The notes under the pieces are model-generated. The model was not told the origin of the DNA and did no database searches. It saw only the letters and a list, made by a program, of their open reading frames with translations. 64,000 nucleotides of DNA from Anthoceros angustus (taxonomy: Eukaryota; Plantae; Anthocerotophyta): assembly GCA_010909165.1 (NCBI GenBank), contig MU008182.1, positions 558,001 through 622,000 of the forward strand, written 5' to 3'. Both the position numbers and the translations under genes were made by a program. Of the stretch, positions 58,970 through 64,000 are shown one piece after another; position 1 is the stretch's first letter; every line of letters starts with the position of its first letter.

Positions 58970-60823
58970 TCAAAAATTAGCCCTTGCTTCATCTTCATAC
59001 AAGCCTACATACGGAATGTGATTCGTACCTTCGGTAGATATGTTACGTTCTCCCAAAGAGTGTCTTGTCTCAAAATTATGATGAATATCTTGTATCCATG
59101 TGTCGAAGGAACTTGGTATCATCGACTCATGGTTCATTTCTTCAATAGTACCACCTTCATGGGCATTCAAATTTTCCATGCTTATAGCAACACCTTCGGA
59201 GGCAGTCAAATTTTCCATGCTTATAGCAACACCTTCGGAGGCATTCAAATTTTCCATGCTTATAGCAACACCTTCACGGGCATTCAAATTTTCCATGCTT
59301 ATAGCAACACCTTCATGGGCATTCAAATTTTCCATGCTTATAGAAACACCTTCACGGGCATTGAAACTGTCAAAGCTCATAGGATCTTGCATTCTTCCTT
59401 CTGCAGAGATCGCCAATAACAATGTTAGCATCCTGGAATTATAATTTATATGACTATCCTCTCACTATGATAAAAAGAAACAAATTGCGTTTTTGCAAAA
59501 AAAAAAATGCTTCACTTCATCCTTACGTATATATGGAATTTAACCAGTCATACCTTCGTTGAACATTGTCGTCTCAAGGGTGCAAACTTTGGGGACAACA
59601 TGCAAACTCTCTGTTGGCGAATAATGTGTTGTCTGACCTTGCTGGCGACTTTCTCTTAGAGATGCCTCTAACCAATCAAGTAGCCCCCTATTTCCAGCAG
59701 CATTGAGAGGATTCATTCTTTTATCCTCGTTCTTGCCATCCAAATTCGCATCCCTCATGCCTAGAAAATTTTGGAAAGTTTCTAGTTTACTTGTAGAGTT
59801 ACTCAACTCATAGTCAATAATTGTGTCCCCCTCCTTGTCAAGTGGGTCTACCTTCCATACTTCTTTGCAAAGCTGTTTCTTTTGCTTCTTCAAGGCTCGC
59901 CATTCCTCCTTCTCCTTTGCGGTTGAACGTTTCTTTTGAATTGGCCGGTTGCTATTATCAGCAGAGGATCCTGTAGCAGCTCCACCTGCATGAGAAGGCT
60001 TAGGTGTAGCTCTACTTTTAATTTTTGCATTCCTAGCTTTGGGTGCACGATTCGTGATGATGGGCCTTGAAGGATCCCTTGGCTTGCCTTTCGAGACTAG
60101 TGCACGTGCTCTTCGTCTTGGCTGCGAAGGAATATTGCCCCCATTCTTAGGATCATTCTTAGAACCTAGATGATGTCCTCTCTGTTTTGGCTGCAAAGGA
60201 ATATTGCCCCCAGTCTTTGGCTTGTTCTTCGAACCAAGAGGACGTCCTCTTCGTTTAGGTGGTGGTTGCAAAGGTACCAGTGCACCAATGCCATCAGCGG
60301 CACCAGCACTATCAACGGCACCAGCACCATCAACGACATCAACGGTACCAGCACCATCGACATCAAAGGCTTCAATGGTATCAGCGGCATCATAGGGCGC
60401 ATCATAGGTATCCCAAGCATCATAATTGTCCATGTCAGCACGGCCACGTGCACCTTCACTACCATGACCTGCATTAGCGGCATCAACTTCATCGCAGCCA
60501 ACTCCTTCTTCATTGCAATCAACTACATCGTCGTATGATGGCTGGCTAGACGAGCTGTGGCTAAATTGCGCACCCGAGTCAGACGAGCTGTTAGATGGAC
60601 CTGAGTCAGACGAGCTGCTGGATGCACTTGAGTCACCTTCTTCTTCATTGGATGATGAGTGGGCAGACCAGCTGCTAGATGCGCTAGAGACAACTTCTTC
60701 ACATGTTTTATGTAGTTCGGCAGCTCCGATGTCCACTCCTCCACCCTCTTGCAAAGCTTTTGGATCAGACAATGATGGTCCCTTATCCCTTGTCTCTACC
60801 CCCGGAGTATTTGCAGTACCCAT
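58970..60823 (-). CDS. Putative spliced AT-hook protein (~566 aa), acidic/Ser-rich, with 13-aa repeats; exons 60823-59554 and 59400-58970; start and 3' end uncertain, possibly TE-encoded
   Basis: Long ORF with KRRGRPLGSKNKP and two degenerate copies; phase-1 GT-AG intron at 59553-59401 joins in frame to (EGVAISMENLNAH)-type repeats. Confidence 0.55.
59155..59365 (-). repeat. 39-bp coding tandem repeat, 5-6 copies
   Basis: ttcaaattttccatgcttatagcaacaccttc.. units. Confidence 0.92.
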
Positions 60824-61299
60824 TCTACCTTGGTCAAATCTTAGCTTAGCTCGGATACATGCATGCGTTAGGACTGTTAGATTATTGATCACCATTGGCA
60901 AAAGTAAACAGAAGTGACGCAAAAAAGTAGATAAGAAAAAATGTATAACCGACAAGGTATAACTAACAAAGTAGTATATCTTAGGAGTTGTTGTGACAAG
61001 GTACATACCTAACTAAGTATATCTTCGGCGTTGTTGGGACTTGGCATGTTGTCAAAGCTCGAAATCTGATTGTGTGTCTTCCATGTTGTACGCTAAGATG
61101 ACAGTAGCCTAGTAGCTATTCTTTGCAATATAAAAATAAAACAAGATAGGCAAAATCAAAACAGAGTTGAGAAAAAACTCACGGAACAAGAGGATAAAAA
61201 TATAGTTCAAGCCACCTATCCACACATATATAGAGACTAAAAAAACGCTAAGGACTCGACGAAAGACTAAGGAAACAAATAGACTCGCACAAAAGAAGT

Positions 61300-61768
<469 letters not shown>

Positions 61769-61779
61769 CTTCTAGTATA

Positions 61780-62591
61780 AGTAATGATGGTAAAACTTAG
61801 CTTAGGGCTTAAGGAAGATAGTCGGCTTTTAGCAGTTACTTTGGAAATGATGTAAGCCTTCGTATAAAAGGAGATGACGCTAGTCTTAGAGGGGCATCTT
61901 GTGATCCTAGCATTGGGAGCTACACTCGTGAGGATAGGACTTTGGAGCCTAAAGACTTTGGGAGCCTGGAGTGTGAGCATGTCTAGAAGGATTCTAGCAC
62001 TTGGGAGCTACACTCTTGTGAGAATAGGACTGTGGTGCCTAAAGGCCTTGGGAGCCTAGAGTGTGAGCGTGCTAGAGAAGAGTTGTTTGAAGAGGAGATC
62101 AAGGGGAGAGAGATAAGCTCCTAGCTTAGGCAAAGATGGGGAGCTCTCTTTGATCTCTCATGTATTCTTGTTGACTCTTGCTGGAATAAAACACAGGCCG
62201 GCCGACGCGAGTCGTCCGTGGAAGGACAGCTGGCTACTTGGCCTAGTGCGGTGTCCGGTGATGGTTTTGTCACTAAGCTGCGTGGCCTCCACCGCTAAAA
62301 GGGTGTTACTTGTGGTATTAGAGCTCAAGGTTGAAGCATCTTTTAGCTAGGGCGTTAGCGGAGATGGCTGATTCTCAAGAGCCAGCAGCGAGAGTAGCAG
62401 CGGAAGAAGAGAGAAGGCTCCTATGTTGGAGACCGCAATGGATGAGCCTCAGATGGAGCCACTAATTCCTGGAACGGCAGAGGCAGATACCTCTGGGCCG
62501 AAGACCGCCACCATGCCACAAGAGGAGCTTCAAAATCTTTTGAGGAGAATGGAAGCTAAAGAGCAATAAGTATAAGGAAAAAGAAAGCTCG
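61780..62591 (+). mobile_element. 5' LTR, tRNA-iMet-type primer-binding site and start of gag of an LTR retrotransposon, interrupted at 62592
   Basis: tataaaagg at ~61863; internal ~83-bp duplication; tgttact end near 62310; PBS-like TGGTATTAGAGC at 62313-62324 (one mismatch to TGGTATCAGAGC); downstream MADSQEP.. frame with stops. Confidence 0.65.
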
Positions 62592-64000
62592 CCCTACTAG
62601 AAAGAGGGGTGTTTTACAAAACCCCTTTTGCAAATCCCTTTTGACTGGAGGTGCTACCTCCTTCCTTGTCGTCCATGCTTGCGCGCAGCCGCAAGGCGAA
62701 CATGAAGAATGATCGACGTGATTCCCGGGCGGAGCAATCCGCCAGTTGGTGGAGGACGATCAATTTTGGCTTCATGCTCTTGCCATACCGCACGGGTTGC
62801 TAAGTACACGTGGTACCAATGCTCAATTCACGTTGAATTTTGTCATGTATCTCCTTCGTTGTGGGACGAGATAGCGAGATTGTGCAGACACTCGTCGAAG
62901 ATCGACCGACTGACTCCCATCTCGCGTATCGAGAAGTTCACCAAGATTCTACTCTCATTGCGCCCAAGGTGCCCACCGTACTCCATAACGCTTTTGTTTT
63001 GGCTCTTATTATGCTGCAATTCTATGGTGCTGATGCTCTGCAATTCTATGGTGATGATGCTCTGCAATTCTATGGTGCTGATGCTCTGCAATTCTATGGT
63101 GCTGATGCTTTGCAATTCTATGGTGCTGATGCTCTGCAATTCTATGGTGCTGATGCTGTGCAATTCTATGGTGCTGATGCTCTGCAATTCTATGGTGCTG
63201 ATGCTCTGCAATTCTATGGTGCTGATGCTCTGCAATTCTATGGTGCTGATGCTCTGCAATTCTATGGTGCTGATGCTCTGCAATTCTATGGTGCCGGCGA
63301 TGCTGCAGTTCTATGGTGATGCTCGCAATTCTGTGTCGATGCTGCGCTTATGGTGCTGATGCTCTGCAATTCTATGGTGCTGATGCTCTGCAATTCTATG
63401 GTGCTGATGCTCTGCAATTCTTGTTACGCTCAGATGGCAACATAGCGGGGTGTGCAGTGGAGCCCCCGGATGCTGTTGATGATGTTTTTTTCCTCCCACC
63501 CTGACAATCCAAGTGTTTGTTGGGTCCCTACCAGCATGTGCGAACCTGAATTTCCCACAACTATGTCAAACGTAGTTGTGGGAAATTCAGGTTCACACAT
63601 GCTGGTAGGGCGTGAAGAGATAGAAGCGCAAGGCACTTAGGCTATTGTTGAGAGGGCCTCAGTGGCTGTCCTCCTCTTGCTGCCTGAATTTAGAAGCGCT
63701 GAGTACTGTGTGTGAGCATTGGTGTAGGGATGGGTTGGATTATGCCTGTGATGGAGACTTTGCTTTTGCAACTGGATGCACTCACTGATTGTTGAAAGAG
63801 GACTGCTGGACTGTGAAATGTTTGTCCCAGAGTGATTGTGATGCTATCGAAGTATGTGTATATGCCTCCTGCCAAGGTTGTGTGCTCGTTTTGGCTTGAA
63901 ATTTTGCAACTTTGTAATGATGGATCAAGGATTTTGCTCCTGGAGGAGGTTGAGGAATCTAGCTAAGGCTTTGGGGCAGACATTTTGGTGGAAGCTGTGC
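62592..64000 (+). mobile_element. Left end of a second CCCTA-terminal CACTA-like element; the other end is outside the window
   Basis: Starts ccctactagaaagagggg, sharing CCCTACTAGAAA with the complete element; palindromic subterminal ggggtgttttacaaaacccc. Confidence 0.65.
63010..63420 (+). repeat. 24-bp minisatellite (gctctgcaattctatggtgctgat), about 16 copies
   Basis: Near-perfect tandem units. Confidence 0.97.

Overview
Eukaryotic nuclear DNA from a land plant. It is most likely a non-seed plant such as a hornwort; this is inferred from short GT-AG introns, high gene density and the style of the PPR protein. The first ~33 kb is gene-dense: APS kinase, a decayed PIF/Harbinger element, EF1B, a long PLS-type PPR gene, an At2g38780-like plastid protein, a MUS/MUL-type LRR receptor kinase, plastid DnaJ, COX16, mitochondrial SHMT and SFC1. 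The 33-41 kb region holds a six-exon gene for a secreted right-handed beta-helix protein with bacterial GH141-like motifs, plus a ~1.46-kb segmental duplication. The rest (41-64 kb) is a nest of transposon remnants and tandem repeats. It includes a complete 5.9-kb CACTA-like element with unusual CCCTA termini that carries an ~860-bp satellite, the start of a second CCCTA element, Ty3-like, pogo-like and LTR fragments, kinase and peroxidase pseudogenes, and a spliced AT-hook ORF. Exon boundaries were read by hand. Family assignments come from recalled motifs; no database search was run.
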